DNA of 64,000 nucleotides. It comes from Rhynchobatus australiae (lineage: Eukaryota). The notes under the pieces are model-generated. The model saw only the letters and a program-made list of their open reading frames with translations, had not been told where the DNA came from and made no database searches. Below, one piece after another: positions 48,172-61,450 of the stretch (position 1 is its first letter; each line of letters begins with the position of its first letter). Location of the stretch: the NCBI GenBank assembly GCA_034780895.1, contig JAUZTB010000107.1, forward strand, positions 18,860,689 to 18,924,688. The letters run 5' to 3'. The translations under genes were made by a program, and so were the position numbers.

Positions 48172-48997
48172 TAACACATCAGCACTCTGTGTTGGCACTG
48201 TGGGGTATCAGTGTATTTGTAATTTTGACATATTATTGGTTAGCTTACAGATAAAACAGTTTTATTTCTCAAGTATGTTCTGATTTCATTTCTAACTATA
48301 TCTTGCCTCTGCTGACTGACTCCTGATCCAATTTTTTAGCCACTGTATTGGCAGAATGCTCATAACTGTACAATTATATGGCCTATGTTCTCCGCTGATC
48401 AGTGATGAGATATGCCTGTGATTTTGTTTTAATGTTCCACTCCCAAACTATGATCTCCCCCCCCACCCCATGTAACTGGTTACTTGTTGAAGAACTAGAA
48501 AATCCACTCCGTTTGATCAAGTTTATGATGTCAGCCAAAGTGAACCATGAACTTAAAACTCGTGGGAGTGTTTACTTTTTAAACCATTGTAATGATTATT
48601 GATGTATAGATTGACATATGATCAAGATTCCCCTTCTCCTACACACTGTCCTCCCTGGTCAGTGACTAACAAAGACAATAAATCTGTACACTGAAATCAA
48701 GAAGGTTATATGGTAAGCAGGTCCAGTTGAGGGATCAAAGGAAAATTTTTCATGGATTTCCCGTGTGATTTACATTGAACTGGATGAAAGCATCGAAATC
48801 AAAAACCTCTCAGTCTGGTTCCAAAGAACACAAACATAGAAGATAAACACACTTTTCCAGGGGTCTTGGGGAGGTTAAGTCTGGCCCATTTTGCAGTTTT
48901 GCGCATGTTTGCATTTGGATCAGGGAAACATAAGAATGTACAGACGTATAGCGGTTAGTCCAGTCTATTCCAATATTTAGTAATTACACTAGCCCAT

Positions 48998-49310
48998 TAC
49001 AGGCAGTCCCCAGGCTCTGTTCCTGAGAACTGTCTATAAGCTGATTTCTCTGTGAGTCAGAAATGTCCATTTCCTAAAGTAAACCATATTATGTTGCTAT
49101 ATGTACATTTGCCATCATTTTTTTCATTGATTATTCACTCTAACACTACCCATAATTAAACCAATGGAATATATACTCTATCCAGTCAATAATGAACACC
49201 ATAAACCATTTTCTTATTATTATTACTATCTTGAAAAATACTTTAAGAGCATGTGGGAAAATTTGCATAAAGTTGGATTCCTGTAAATCAGCTCATCCAT
49301 AACCCATAAC
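48998..49310. mobile_element. Degenerate Tigger-like MITE
   Basis: Starts TA-CAGGCAGTCCCCAGG..ctgttcctgagaac; the right end is decayed. Confidence 0.45.
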
Positions 49311-51359
49311 CCAAATAGTTTCTATTTGGTGTTGAATTATTTTCAATGCTTGCCACTAATGCAAATCAATCAGGAGAACTTAGTGAGAGACTCATTCTGC
49401 AATGTAGAAACAAATTTTTTTGCAGTAGCTCTACAAATGTAAGTCCCCTACCTTTACAGCAGAATCACATAACTTACTTTGCAGTCTTTACAGCACTTTC
49501 CATGGGCACAGTCTGATCCCGACGTTAAAGTACAAGTGAGTGCAGTGCAGCAGGGATTGGTGCATCTCTAAAGCAAATAAAAGAAAATTAAAGTTGATGA
49601 TGTCAAATTAACAATTGATTCGTGTAACCCTTTATCATGAAATTAGTTGTAATCCCATTTGTATGTTTGAACCTAATCTTATTTACTTTATCACTACAAT
49701 GAAATAATCACGTAACTGTAAAAGATTGTTACACCAATGGATAAACAAGGAAGCACAGCCTACCTGAAGGTGCAATTCTAATTTTATCTATTGATATTGT
49801 TAGCAAAGAAGGAAATACATTTTAAGATTTAATTGCAAGCTCAGTTTGCTGACTGGTTGACCTTCAACTAAGTTGCTCTTAGCTGATTGGGAAAGTTACG
49901 ATTGATCAATATCAGGTCTTAATGATTAATAAGATCAACAGTTAATCATCAATGAGCTCTTTTTACTATCTTCTTGATATCAATAATCTGTACGTACTTT
50001 GTAACTTGAAAAATATCCTAAGACACATAACAGAGGTGCGAGAAACAGAGATATTAAAAGAGATGACCAAAAACTTGGNNNNNNNNNNNNNNNNNNNNNN
50101 NNNNNNNNNNNNNNNNNNNNNNNNNNNNNNNNNNNNNNNNNNNNNNNNNNNNNNNNNNNNNNNNNNNNNNNNNNNNNNNNNNNNNNNNNNNNNNNNNNNN
50201 NNNNNNNNNNNNGAAATGGATCTGGCTTAACCTACATTTGCTGTTGTAGCTGGATTGAAGCTCTGCATTGAGCTCAATCGTGAAATTGCAGCCTAGTGTC
50301 TTGTGCTTTCTCTGTTGCTGCTGCACATTGTTCTGATAGTTTGAGTTGGCCATCCATCAGTCTCCCAAATCACTTTCTTGTGTCATATCCTACAATACTA
50401 TTTAGATTACTTTATATAGGACTTACTGTTCTTGCTTAATCTCACAAATTTATATTTATACTAAATTGGATCAAATAGCTACCCAGTCTATCTAGATTCT
50501 TCACCATTTGACCATCCTCTTTCTTGTTATAAACTGCACCTCGTGGTTTATCGTCCATAGAGCTGTGACATTTTTATCATGCCCCACTTCATTAATGTAG
50601 TTATTAATGTACAACACAAACTAAACCCATAGAAATGCAAAGAGGATTACTGTAAACTCAAACTGCAGTTGGACCTATGTTTTGGAACTGTCATGCTAAG
50701 TCTCTTTGTCTTGTAGCATCTATCCCCATCTTCAAGTGCCACTTCAAAATCCACCTTATAACAATACTCCCATTCACTTGCCCTAATCTTCCTATTATTA
50801 ATCAGAAGCAGGTTTCTTATCACTGTCTTGTATGACGTGAAATTTGTTGTTTTGCCTACCTTTTAATCTACCCATTCACAGAGAAATACCTTGGGATATT
50901 TCCTACATACAAATGCAAATTGATTTAATGGTGTCACCTTTAAATATTTTTCAGAAAAAAAGCAATGATTGTATCAACGTTTTCATCCCAACAGTTGATT
51001 TCAAGTAACACCAGTAAAACTAAGTAGTTTGAAGGAGAGGAGATTTGAAGCAATCAGTAGATAAATCTTTGAAGGTGGTTGACCAAAGTTGAAAAGCCTG
51101 TTAAAAGGGCATAATGGATCTTGCGATGTATAGAATACAGAGGCCATGGAAGTCTTCCTGAATGTTTTCCAATCAGGATGCACTCTGACCTCAACTAAAG
51201 TATTGAGTTCAATTCTGAACACCACCCTTTAGTAAGGATGTCAAAACCTTTGAAAGTAGAGATTTACTAGAATGCCACCAGGACTGAAGGATCTCTTACT
51301 CAGCAAGACTAGAAAAACTGAACTTTTCTCCTTTAGAGCAGGGAAGATTATAGGGACAT

Positions 51360-51601
51360 CATCAGAATCGGGTTTATTATCACTGACATATGTCGTGAAA
51401 TGTGTTGTTTTGTGGCAGCAGTACAGTGCAAGATGTGAAGACGTAAAAATTACTATGTAGTGCAAAAGAGGAATAATGAGGTAGTGTTCATGGGTTCATG
51501 GATAGTTCAGAAATCTGAGGGTGCAGGGGAAGAAGCTGTTTCTGAAATGTTGAGTGTGGGTCTTCAGGCTCCCGTACCTCCTCCCTGATGGTAGTAACGT
51601 G
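51360..51601 (-). mobile_element. Rex1 LINE 3' end
   Basis: LLPSGRRYGSLKTHTQHFRNSFFP on the minus strand; tail cagaatcgggtttattatcactgacat. Confidence 0.85.
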
Positions 51602-51701
51602 NNNNNNNNNNNNNNNNNNNNNNNNNNNNNNNNNNNNNNNNNNNNNNNNNNNNNNNNNNNNNNNNNNNNNNNNNNNNNNNNNNNNNNNNNNNNNNNNNNN
51701 N

Positions 51702-51868
51702 GCACTTGGCCCATATCCCTTTAGGCCTTTTCTATCCACGTACCCGTCCAAATGTCTTTGAAACTTTGTAATCGTCCCCACCTCTACAGCTCCCTCTGGC
51801 AGCTGATTCCATGTTCCCAACACTCTTTGTGTGAAAAAGTTGCCCCTCAAGTCCCTTTTAAGTTTTTG
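51702..51868 (-). mobile_element. CR1 3' fragment
   Basis: KRDLRGNFFTQRVLGTWNQLPE.AVE.GTITKF.RHLD on the minus strand. Confidence 0.8.
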
Positions 51869-52585
51869 AGTGCCTCTGATCTGTGTGCTCCTCCGGCCAA
51901 AGGCTTTGCCAGAATTCATCTAAAAAGCATATAACTGCATACGTGGTATTATTTCTTGATTTCAAACTGCCAATAAAGCTAATTTTAAATGGGGTAAAAG
52001 CTCTGTGTACCTTTCACAGTACTTTTATTCTTTCTCATCAGGCTTGCACTAGGTTGCACAAAGCTTGTGCAGAGCTTTGCTTGGTTCTGAAACTGGGTTA
52101 ATGTTGGATCTTTCATTATAGACCCAGGAGAGCAGGTTTCCAATGTGGACAGAGGACAAGGGCAATGCACAGCTCCATCCATGCTCTCATTTGGTAAGCA
52201 AGTACCAATGTTTGTACGCAGATAATGATGGATGCATCCAGTGCATGTAAGGAGGTAGCCACTGCTGTATTCTAATCTTGGCTTGTAATGATCTCTGGTC
52301 CACCAGGAAGTGTGGATCTCAGTGGTTCAGCAGACAAGCTAGCAAGTGATTACTGCACATATTCATGCACATAAGGAATCCTCCAGTTCATGGTTGTGCC
52401 TGTGATATTGGATCATAAAACAATTCATCTTGTGACCTTATATCAGTCAGTTTGTAGCACCCAATCTTTGCTCCAACATTGCCTCTGTTTCCTCTGTGGC
52501 CATGAAATGACATTCTCCATATACTTTTGTCTCTGGTTCCTGTGGGTTTTCAGTAGTGATGATGCTCAATGCTCTAATGGGACTC

Positions 52586-53650
52586 CAGAATCAGAATCAG
52601 GTTTATTATCACTGGCATATATCGTGAAATTTGTTGTTTTGTGGCAAGGCATAAACATTACTATAAGTTACAAAAATAATAAATAGTTCAAAGGAGGAAT
52701 AGCAAGGAAATGTTCATGGACCTTTCAGAAATCTGGTGGCGGAGGGGAAGAAGCTATTCCTGAAATGTTGAATGTGGGTCTTCAGGCTCCTGTGCCTCCT
52801 CCCTGATGGTAGTAATGTGAAGAGGGCATGTCCAGGCGGTGATGGTCCTCAATGATGGACGCTGCCTTCTTGAGGCACTGCCTCTTGAAGATGTCCTTGA
52901 TGGTGGGGAGGGTTGTGTCCATGATGGAGCTGGCTGAGTCCACAACCCTCTGTAGCCTCTTTCGATTGGAGCCTCCATACCAGGTGGTGATGCAACCAGT
53001 CAGAATGTTCTCCACTGTACATCTGTAGAAATTTGCAGAAGTCTTTGGTGACATACCAAATCTCCTCAAACTCCTAATGAAGTAGAGCTGCTGGCGTGCT
53101 GCCTTCACGATTACATCACTGTGTTGGGCCCAGAATAGATCCTCTGAGATGTTGACACCCAGGAACCTGAAGCTGTTCACCCTTCCACCACTGACCCCTT
53201 AATGAAGAGTGGTGTGTGTTCTCCCAACTTCCCCTTCTTGAAGTTCACAATCAATTCCTTGGTCTTGGTGATGTTGAGTGTGAGGTTGTTGTTGCGACAC
53301 CACTCAACCAGCCAATCTCTCTCACTGCTGTATGCCTTCTCATCACCATCTGAGATTCTGCCAACAGCAGTGGTGTCATTGGTGAATTTATAGATGGCAT
53401 TTAAGCTGTGCCTAACCACAGTCATGAGTGTAGAGAGAGTAGAGCAGTGGGCTAAGCACACATCCTTGAGGTGTGTCTGTGTTGGTTGTCAGTGAGGAGG
53501 AGATGTTACTACTGATCTGCACTGACTGTGGTCTCCCAGTAAGGAAGTCAAGGATCCAGTTGCAGAGGGAGTTACAGAGGCCCAGGTTTTGAAGCTTGTT
53601 GATTAGTACTAAGGGGATGATGGTGTTGAATGCTGAGCTGTAATCAATAA
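52586..53650 (-). mobile_element. Rex1/Babar LINE, 5'-truncated RT
   Basis: [13 protein letters not shown]...[15 protein letters not shown]...[18 protein letters not shown]; KF..DT..VGRI; FRFLGVNISEDL.W; FYRCTVENILTGCIT.WYG; (cagaat)n tail. Confidence 0.93.
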
Positions 53651-56620
53651 ATTGGGAAATCATTGGCGGAACCAACTGCAAATTGGGTAACGGCTTTCCA
53701 GCACAACCCAAGCATTGCTTCCTCACATAATGGCGCACGTTGTCTGTCTGATGCTAAAGTTCTGTCCTCCCTCTGTCACGCTGCCTTGTGCGCTGTATGA
53801 CCAAGCAAAAGTTTGGTTATAGGTTCGACTACATTGCTCTTTCCCGTTTAAGGAATGAGATGTGGAACTGAAGGGTTCCAAGAAGAGTTTAAAGTCATAT
53901 GTCCTCAGATGTGCGAAGGATATTGTGATTACGGGTTGTGTATTGATGCATCAAATTCTACTGATGCAGCAAATGCTTCTAACTGTGTTTAGTGATGTTT
54001 TTAATGAAAGTTCCAGTTTAAACAGCACAGAACTTGTTCTTGCCACAATCTAGTGTGACACAGAGATGCTCCACGAGCCACTGCCAGTCAGCTTGTAACA
54101 GAAAATCTCAGAAGGAAACAACAACTAAAACAATTGGGAAAATCATAAATCTGAAAACATTGCTTTAAGGAAATTCCACAAAATTCCAACAACTGGAAAT
54201 TTACTGTGCAGTAGGAAATGTAACCATTGGCCTTGAACCATTTAAGAGCTTTAGCGCTCATGGAGACTTCCCCTAGACCCAATCCAGACATGAGGGAAGT
54301 GCCCAGTACAATCCTGTCTGAAGCAGATGGAAAAGTGTATAAGGCACAATAAAACATTCAAACGTATCAGTAGCTCCATTTCAGGAAGATCACTTTGGCC
54401 TATAGCTTGCTGGAAAGTTGAACTTTGTGCCAATGGAGGCAGGTTTTCCAGCAGCTCTTGTCTCCTGCTCCACTGACACAAACACTGGAAAATATGCACT
54501 CTTGGGCATTTTTCACTCAGGAAAATAGATTATAATTATTCTGCTTATTGTGTGGCTTATTTCCCAGTTTGTGAGATCATCACCACTTTATTTAAAGGAA
54601 CAATGTATTGGCCTGCATGCAGAGCCACAAATTCTATGCTTAAAGTTCCACCAAAGTCTGTGAAGTTCTATGGAGCTGTTTCCACTCAATGATGGAGATG
54701 CACTGGTAAACCTATTTAGCTCCTGTGTAGCTGGAACAGCTCCAGGGATGTTCTCAGTTCAGTGTTTCTGGTCACAAGGTTAGATGTTAATATCAAATGT
54801 CTGGTCTGTTACTTATTTTACCTCTATGTTCTGGTTTAATCTTTATTAAGATAATGAGAGAAGGATTGAGGAGAGTCAGTGATTCACCTTTTGTTTAGGA
54901 GCTTCACCTACAAATAATTTAGAATCTTTGATTGGCAATTGAATGACANNNNNNNNNNNNNNNNNNNNNNNNNNNNNNNNNNNNNNNNNNNNNNNNNNNN
55001 NNNNNNNNNNNNNNNNNNNNNNNNNNNNNNNNNNNNNNNNNNNNNNNNTTCCGACTTGAATTTGTTATTAAAAATACCCTACTGGTTATCTGAAAATAAA
55101 CATATAGTATTATTCTTTCATAATTGTAATAAAAATTACCTTGCAGTTTGATATAATAGGCAGCTATTAAGAGGAGGCACCTGTGAAAGTGTCAGGCGCT
55201 GGATAAAGTGGCACAGTGTACTGAAGGGTAATTGAGTTTCAGGTACCTTACTAACAACATGCATCGCCCTGACTTCCCTCTAACACCCTGCACCAAGTTT
55301 AGAAGTGGCAGAAACGTCAAGCAACAAGGTCTATCACAAGTTTGGTTAACTTGCACGGAAATTGACCTTTCAATACGTGGAATGAATTTCAGTTAGAACA
55401 GTAGTCAAAAATCCAATATAGGCTTATGGGGGGAAAAAAACTGGATACCCTGGTAGGATCCTACTGNNNNNNNNNNNCATCTTGTGATCTGGGAGTGGTT
55501 TGGTCTAACATTTGTTCTCAAATACGGCTCTTTCAGCCTGCTGAGGCCTAAGAATGGGAAGAATCATATGGTTCAGTAAATATTGTGTAAATGTTTCTAG
55601 AATTGGGAATAATTCAGATGGTTAATTTGTTGCAAGAGACTGTCCTGTAATTAAAAACGTTTAGCTCAAGAAACACTTGCAGAAAGATATGGGGATAACG
55701 TTATAATTGGACAACATGGACCTACCCTTCCCTCCATCACCCACTTCCAGAAGAAGTGGTGGGGTCATGAGACAATAGAATTCGTTATGAAACATGGTTG
55801 TCAAGTATTCTGATCTAAAAGAGAAAAGAGGTTCCTGAGCAAAATAAAGATTATTTTAATGTTATTGGCAAAGAGCCATGGGATTTGAAGAAAAAACTTC
55901 CTCAACTGGTAATATTCACAATCTTGAATTCACCTTTGATTCAAACGTGGCTTTCAAAAGAGAACTGGATCAGTAATTGAAGAAGAAAAATAGCAGCATT
56001 ACTGAGAGAGAGCTGGGAAATGGGACTGACTGGATTGAACTTGCAGTGAATCAGTGTGGGCACAATGGGCTGAGTATTAATCCACAGTGTAACGATACTA
56101 TTCCATAATTCTAACCAATTACTGAATTTCCACTTGCACCAGTGAACTAATATTTATAATTTAAATTCAGAAGTGGAATAAATTATAAAAAAATCATTGT
56201 TGATTAGAATGGGCAAAAATCTAAGTAGTTAAATGCTGCAGATGCTGGAGTCTGAAATTAACAGAAAATGCTGAAAATACTCATCTGTGGAGAGAGAAAC
56301 AGTTAATGGTCAAGTTAATAATCTTTCAATTAAAACTGTCATGGACATAATCTATTGTATCAAAATAATATATTGTATTTTCAATGCTAATTGCTTCTCA
56401 TCACTGAACAAATTTTTTTAGGCAAAATAATAATTGTATGGGAGAAAAACGATGAGTTCAGTGGCAAATGGAAAGCATATTGTATTTTTCAATCTATTTA
56501 TTCAATCTAATACTTCTGGTTGTACACCCACTTCTGAAGTATATATTTAAAAGTTTTAATTATCTATACTTTAAGAAAAGTAATGAATAATAATTGTCTT
56601 TTTATTGTCTCCTTTCCAAG

Positions 56621-57636
56621 GAAAGATGCGGTCCTGTGTACTGTCAGTATCAGTTCTATGATTTCCCTTGTCATCAGACTAAAGGCAGGGAACATGGGAC
56701 AGAGGTCTCCTTCAAGGATGCAAATGTGATTCTGACTGGGACCATCAATCCCGGTAAACTCAAAGAGTATTTCCGTGGGCCACCACTAGTGATAGAGATC
56801 CATGACCGTGACAGGAAGCTGAAAGCCCAATCCCAACCACCAGCATTGTTTGGTACTGAACCTGAAGATAGCAAACTGAGCAATGTCGGCCTCGTTAGTA
56901 ATAAACGAACTGTTCATGACCCCTTCGTGGATGCAGATAAATCTTGGGATCCTTATGGCATTGCTAAAATGGATTTTTCAGAATTGGTATATGGTGAAAC
57001 GTGCTTGAACGTTGCTGTTTCCATACAGAACAGTAGTTTGCCAGATCCAATAGGTTATCGAACCGATGGATTGGGTGGACGTATTCTAGGTGTTGCAGGA
57101 GCTATTGATGGACCAGAAGACCGACCACTACCAAAAGGCCATTACCTGGAATCAAACTCTGTGCTTAATGTTAGAGTGCAACTTGCTTATCCTTTATCAG
57201 GAAGGAGCGATTCTGCGTTGGATGAAATAGAAGAGTGCCAATTTGGTCGGATAATATACATTTTTGATTATAAAAACAGAACCTTTCTTCACAGTCTGCT
57301 AGAGCAAATTAGTTCAATTAACTCTCTAGCTCNNNNNNNNNNTTGCCTGGATTCTCAGTCAAGTGGAAAAGGAAGTGGAGATGGGTCAGTGGACGTGGAA
57401 CTTAAGCCAGATTCTGAACTAAAAGCTGCTTCCAATCTGGAAAATGTTTCTGTTTCCAATCAGGATAGTGTTTCCGGTACGGACGTTGTGACAGGTTCCA
57501 ACCTGGATGTTGTGACAGGTTCCAATCTGGACGTTGTGACAGGTTTTCACATAATGGATGGAATAATTCATCTCTTTGTTCTGGAGGGACTGAAGAACAA
57601 AGGACTCAAAGAACTGTGGGAGAAGCTTCCAGTCAG
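56621..57636 (+). CDS. cfap92: cfap92 large coding exon (~1 kb, contains a 10-N gap)
   Basis: ctcctttccaag acceptor, phase 0; [12 protein letters not shown]...[14 protein letters not shown]...[16 protein letters not shown]...[12 protein letters not shown]...[10 protein letters not shown]...[19 protein letters not shown]; AG|gtgaga donor, phase 2. Confidence 0.95.
57482..57545 (+). repeat. Coding 24-bp tandem repeat (~2.7 units; DVVTGSNL)
   Basis: gacgttgtgacaggttccaacctg / gatgttgtgacaggttccaatctg / gacgttgtgacaggtt. Confidence 0.95.
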
Positions 57637-58604
57637 GTGAGATGATCCAATGCAACACACAGACTTTAAAAATTGNNNNNNNNNNNNNNNNNNNNNNNNN
57701 NNNNNNNNNNNNNNNNNNNNNNNNNNNNNNNNNNNNNNNNNNNNNNNNNNNNNNNNNNNNNNNNNNNNNNNNNNNTTGTAAAGACAAAATTGCTAAAAAT
57801 TCATTTTGAAATACATATCCAAAATATCAAAGGGCTGCTGACAATTGGTAACTAAATAAAAGAAAGGATGAAAAATGCTGCTTTTAAAACTAGTCTTTCA
57901 GTAAATGAAAGTGATTGAATCCAGGAGGATTTACCATAAACAGAAGTTACTGCCAGGAGCTCAGGGATGCATTGTGTCCAGCAGATATTCCCAATCTCCT
58001 TTATTCATTGTTAGTGGATGATGAATAGTCGGTAGAACATCTCGTTTTAAAAGATTACCCTGTGGTTTTGTTTCTGCAGGAGGTCAAGCCTAACCTGCTT
58101 AGCAGCTGACTTAAGGCCTAAGGAAATGGGCTGCTGGGAAACAAGATCTGTACCATGGGGGAAAGTGAAAAGTAGTTCCCGTATGACATCTTCTGTTCCA
58201 AGTCTTGTGTTGATAATTCCACAAGTAGATGGAGCTGTGCGGTCTTTAATTTGAATAATCCATTGTTGAGTTAACTGTTCTTCCCGTCAGGAGAAAAATC
58301 TGGCTCCTAAAGAAAGCAACATTGGCAAAGAGCTGCCCTATTATGAAAAACATCTTAACAGTCAGTGTGAGAAAATAGGGCATGTAAGAGATTTTACATA
58401 AACACTGTAATTTTACAAATATTAATTTATTGGATGAATAGGGAATAAAATCATTCATCAACAGAAGAACAAGAGGTGCACTTGTTAAATTAGCTTTTGC
58501 AGCATAAGTGATTGCTNNNNNNNNNNNNNNNNNNNNNNNNNNCTGATTTGATGCAAGAATTTTACCAAATTCAGTTTCATTCCTACTATTCCATTCCTAA
58601 TGTT

Positions 58605-58970
58605 TGTCTTCATGGGATACGGATGTCACTGGCAATGTCAGCATTTATTGTCCATCTCTATTTACCCTAGGGAGGTGTCAAGACCACACCATATTGGTGG
58701 ATTTGAAGTCACGTATGGGTCAAACTACCCAAGGACAGTGGATTTCCTTTCCTGAAGGATATTAGTGAAACAGATGTGTTTTTACATTAATCCAATAGTT
58801 TTGTGGTTGCAGTTACTGAGACCAGCTTTTGTTTTAAAAAAAAATTCCATATTTATCTGATAACTTGAATTTAAATTTCCCACAGTGAAATTGAAACTCA
58901 CATCTTTAGATTAGTGGGTACACAAATGTGGCTTTTAATCCAGTAATTTAATTAATATGCTACTGTACCT
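58605..58970 (-). mobile_element. tRNA-derived SINE with CR1-group tail
   Basis: Shares its tail (cactggcaatgtcagcatttattgtccatctcta) with the LINE at 21555; tRNA-like head at the right end. Confidence 0.55.
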
Positions 58971-58999
58971 CATGTAGTTAGATCATATAAAAATGATAT

Positions 59000-59990
59000 C
59001 ATTAGCAAAAAAAGTCACACTGGGTCATTCAGTGCCAGATGTACTTGTTTACATACATTATTATTTTAACATTAAACCTGCGCACTTCCTGCTACAGAAA
59101 ATTACTTCCTTCCGTGTAATTGTGTGTCACCTGGCATTACAAATTTCTATGACCAGATTTCACGTTGAACACCGAACTCACTCGAACATAATTTTTCAGT
59201 TGTTTCATTGCCTTCTTAATTGCCTGCTACATGTTAGAGTTCAGTGCCTTGTGTCCAAGGACATCAACACTTCTGAATCTCTCACTATTTATAGAATACT
59301 CAACATTTCTGTCTTGATCAACCTCACATTTTATTCCATCTGCCATGCTGCTACTCACTCACTTAACTTGGCTACAATTCCCTGTTCCCTTGAAGCCTCG
59401 TTGCATTCTCAACACCACTCACATTCCCACTTGTTTCATGTCATCACCAACCTTGGTCCCCACAGCCAATTCATTAATGTAGATCATGAATTGTCGGGGC
59501 CCAGGCACTGATTGCTGCAGTACCTCAACGGTCACAGCCTGACAACAGAAAGAACAATTTAGTTTGACTTGATTTGTAGCTATTCCACCAACTCTCAACC
59601 CACACCAGTACAGAACCTCTAAATTCCAGTCTTCAACTGCTATATGGGGCCTGATCAAAAGACTTCTGAAAACCCAGAAACAGCATATCCACAGCTTGCC
59701 CCTCATTTACTCTCCTACCTCAAAGAACTCCAATGAAACGTGATTTTATTTTCATAAATCCATGTTGACTCAAACATATTTTCTACTCTGTCCTGATGTC
59801 TCATCCTTTATTACAAATTACAGCAATTTCCCTACTTTATCTCTCTTTCTCCTTTCTTAAATAGTGTGGTTATATTTGCTTCCCTCCAACCTGCAGAAAC
59901 CGTTCCTGAATCTATACTTCAGAGAATTATAACCGGAGCATCCTCTGCCTCCACAGCCTCCTCTTTATGGGATGTAGATCACTGGGTCCC
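59000..59990 (-). mobile_element. Degenerate CR1 RT fragment
   Basis: QQSVPGPRQFMIYINEL..GTKVGDDMK on the minus strand (QGSVLGP.LF.IYINDL...KFADDTK-like). Confidence 0.6.
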
Positions 59991-60019
59991 CTTGCCTAAT
60001 TATGAGTATGCATGCTATA

Positions 60020-60472
60020 AAGGGAGCGCAGTAAGGATTCACCAGATTGCTTCCTGGGATGGCAGGTCTATCTTATGAAGAAAGTTAAAGTAGGTCAGGC
60101 CTCTGTTCTCCACAGTTTCAAAGAATGAAATGTGACTTCTTAGAAGGCTTATCAGGGTAGATGCAGGGAGGATGTTTGCCCTGGCTAAGGAGGCTGGAGC
60201 TGGGTATTAGAGTCTCAAAATAAGGGGGAGGCCATTTAGGACTTAAGTGAAGAGAAATCTCTTCACTTGGCAGGTGAAGAATCTTTGGATTCTCTACCCC
60301 AGAGGAGCCGCGATCATTCATCACATGCAAGACACACTGACAGATCTCTGGATATTAAAGGAATTGGGGGAAATGGGAATAAAAGGGGGGAATAGTGTTG
60401 AGGTAAAATATCAACCACTATTTTGTTGAATGGCAAAGCTGGGCTGAATAGCCTTCTCCGGCTCCTATTTCT
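60020..60472 (+). mobile_element. CR1 3' fragment
   Basis: ggattcaccagattgcttcctgggatggcagg..tatcttatgaag and a CR1 3' UTR ending ggctcctatttct. Confidence 0.7.
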
Positions 60473-60534
60473 AAATGCACCTCTTCAGGGGAATTGCAGT
60501 TGTTAAATATTAACCTTCTACTTATATTTTCTAG

Positions 60535-60726
60535 ATCTGTGGCTGGCGAAGAAGGGGTTAAGGTTCTGTACAACTCTGACTTCAGTTTTCATCACCGGCT
60601 ATATGCCAATTTGGATGATCGACTTTATCACATCTACCTCCACGAGCCCTTAAGTAATATTATAAAGCAACCTTTGTTGTATGTCAGGGATATGGCACCT
60701 CAGGACTGTCTTCAGGCATTACACAG
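60535..60726 (+). CDS. cfap92: cfap92 coding exon
   Basis: tatattttctag acceptor, phase 2; RSVAGEEGVKVLYNSDFSFHHRLYANLD..LYHIYLHEPLSNIIKQPLLYVRDMAPQDCLQALHR; AG|gtgaga donor, phase 2. No stop codon, so the gene continues. Confidence 0.93.
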
Positions 60727-61094
60727 GTGAGATCTTCCTTTACAGGTATGGTGAATTAGTAAGGTATTTGATTGAATATTCTAAACAACACCACTTGTAT
60801 TTTATACATTCACTTTTTAATAAATCCTATATCTTGCAAAACTAAATCAGCTCATCATTTTCCTATCCATATATTCAAATTAGAGGTTTGATGGATGCTT
60901 TGTTAAAATTAGAGTTGAAGAATAGTATTGAACTACTAAAAAAACAGGTCAAAACTTTGAAGTATGAAAATTATTTTAAAAATCCAGTCACCTGATTCAT
61001 AGCCCATAATGTGTGGCAGCTCCCTGTATCTTCAATCTCAAAGTTATCTGACAGTTGATGCAATGTGAATTGAAGGGATGTTGAGTATTAACCT

Positions 61095-61450
61095 TTGCTC
61101 AGTGGTAACACTCACACCTCAATATCCAAGTCCCACTCTGTAGACTTGGGTACACAATCTGGCCTGACATTTCAATCTAGCACTGTGACAGTGCAACACT
61201 GTGCCTTTTGTTGAGTGATTCACTAACTTCTGACCCTGGCCTTGCAGGTGGACATAAAAATATCATGATGTTAGTTATAGAGGATCAGGTCTGTTCTTCC
61301 CAAGATTTATCCATAACCAAACAGTTTATCTGCTCTTTTTATGCTTTTTGGAGTGTGCTAATCGGGTATCACATTGCCTAAATCTCTAATTAACTGTACA
61401 ATGGGTTGGGTCATCACGAGTAAGTGAGTGACAGTATAAATGCAACTTCT
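61095..61450 (+). mobile_element. SacSINE1/DeuSINE-like SINE
   Basis: gctcagtggtaacactc...caagtcccactc..agacttgggtacacaatctggcctgaca...caggtggacataaaaatatcatg; same family as 10700-11150. Confidence 0.65.

Noticed and set aside
47153-48254. Cluster of overlapping ORFs on both strands
   Set aside because: Explained by higher GC content, palindromy and a MITE; no recognisable domain such as a delta-antigen or viral protein.
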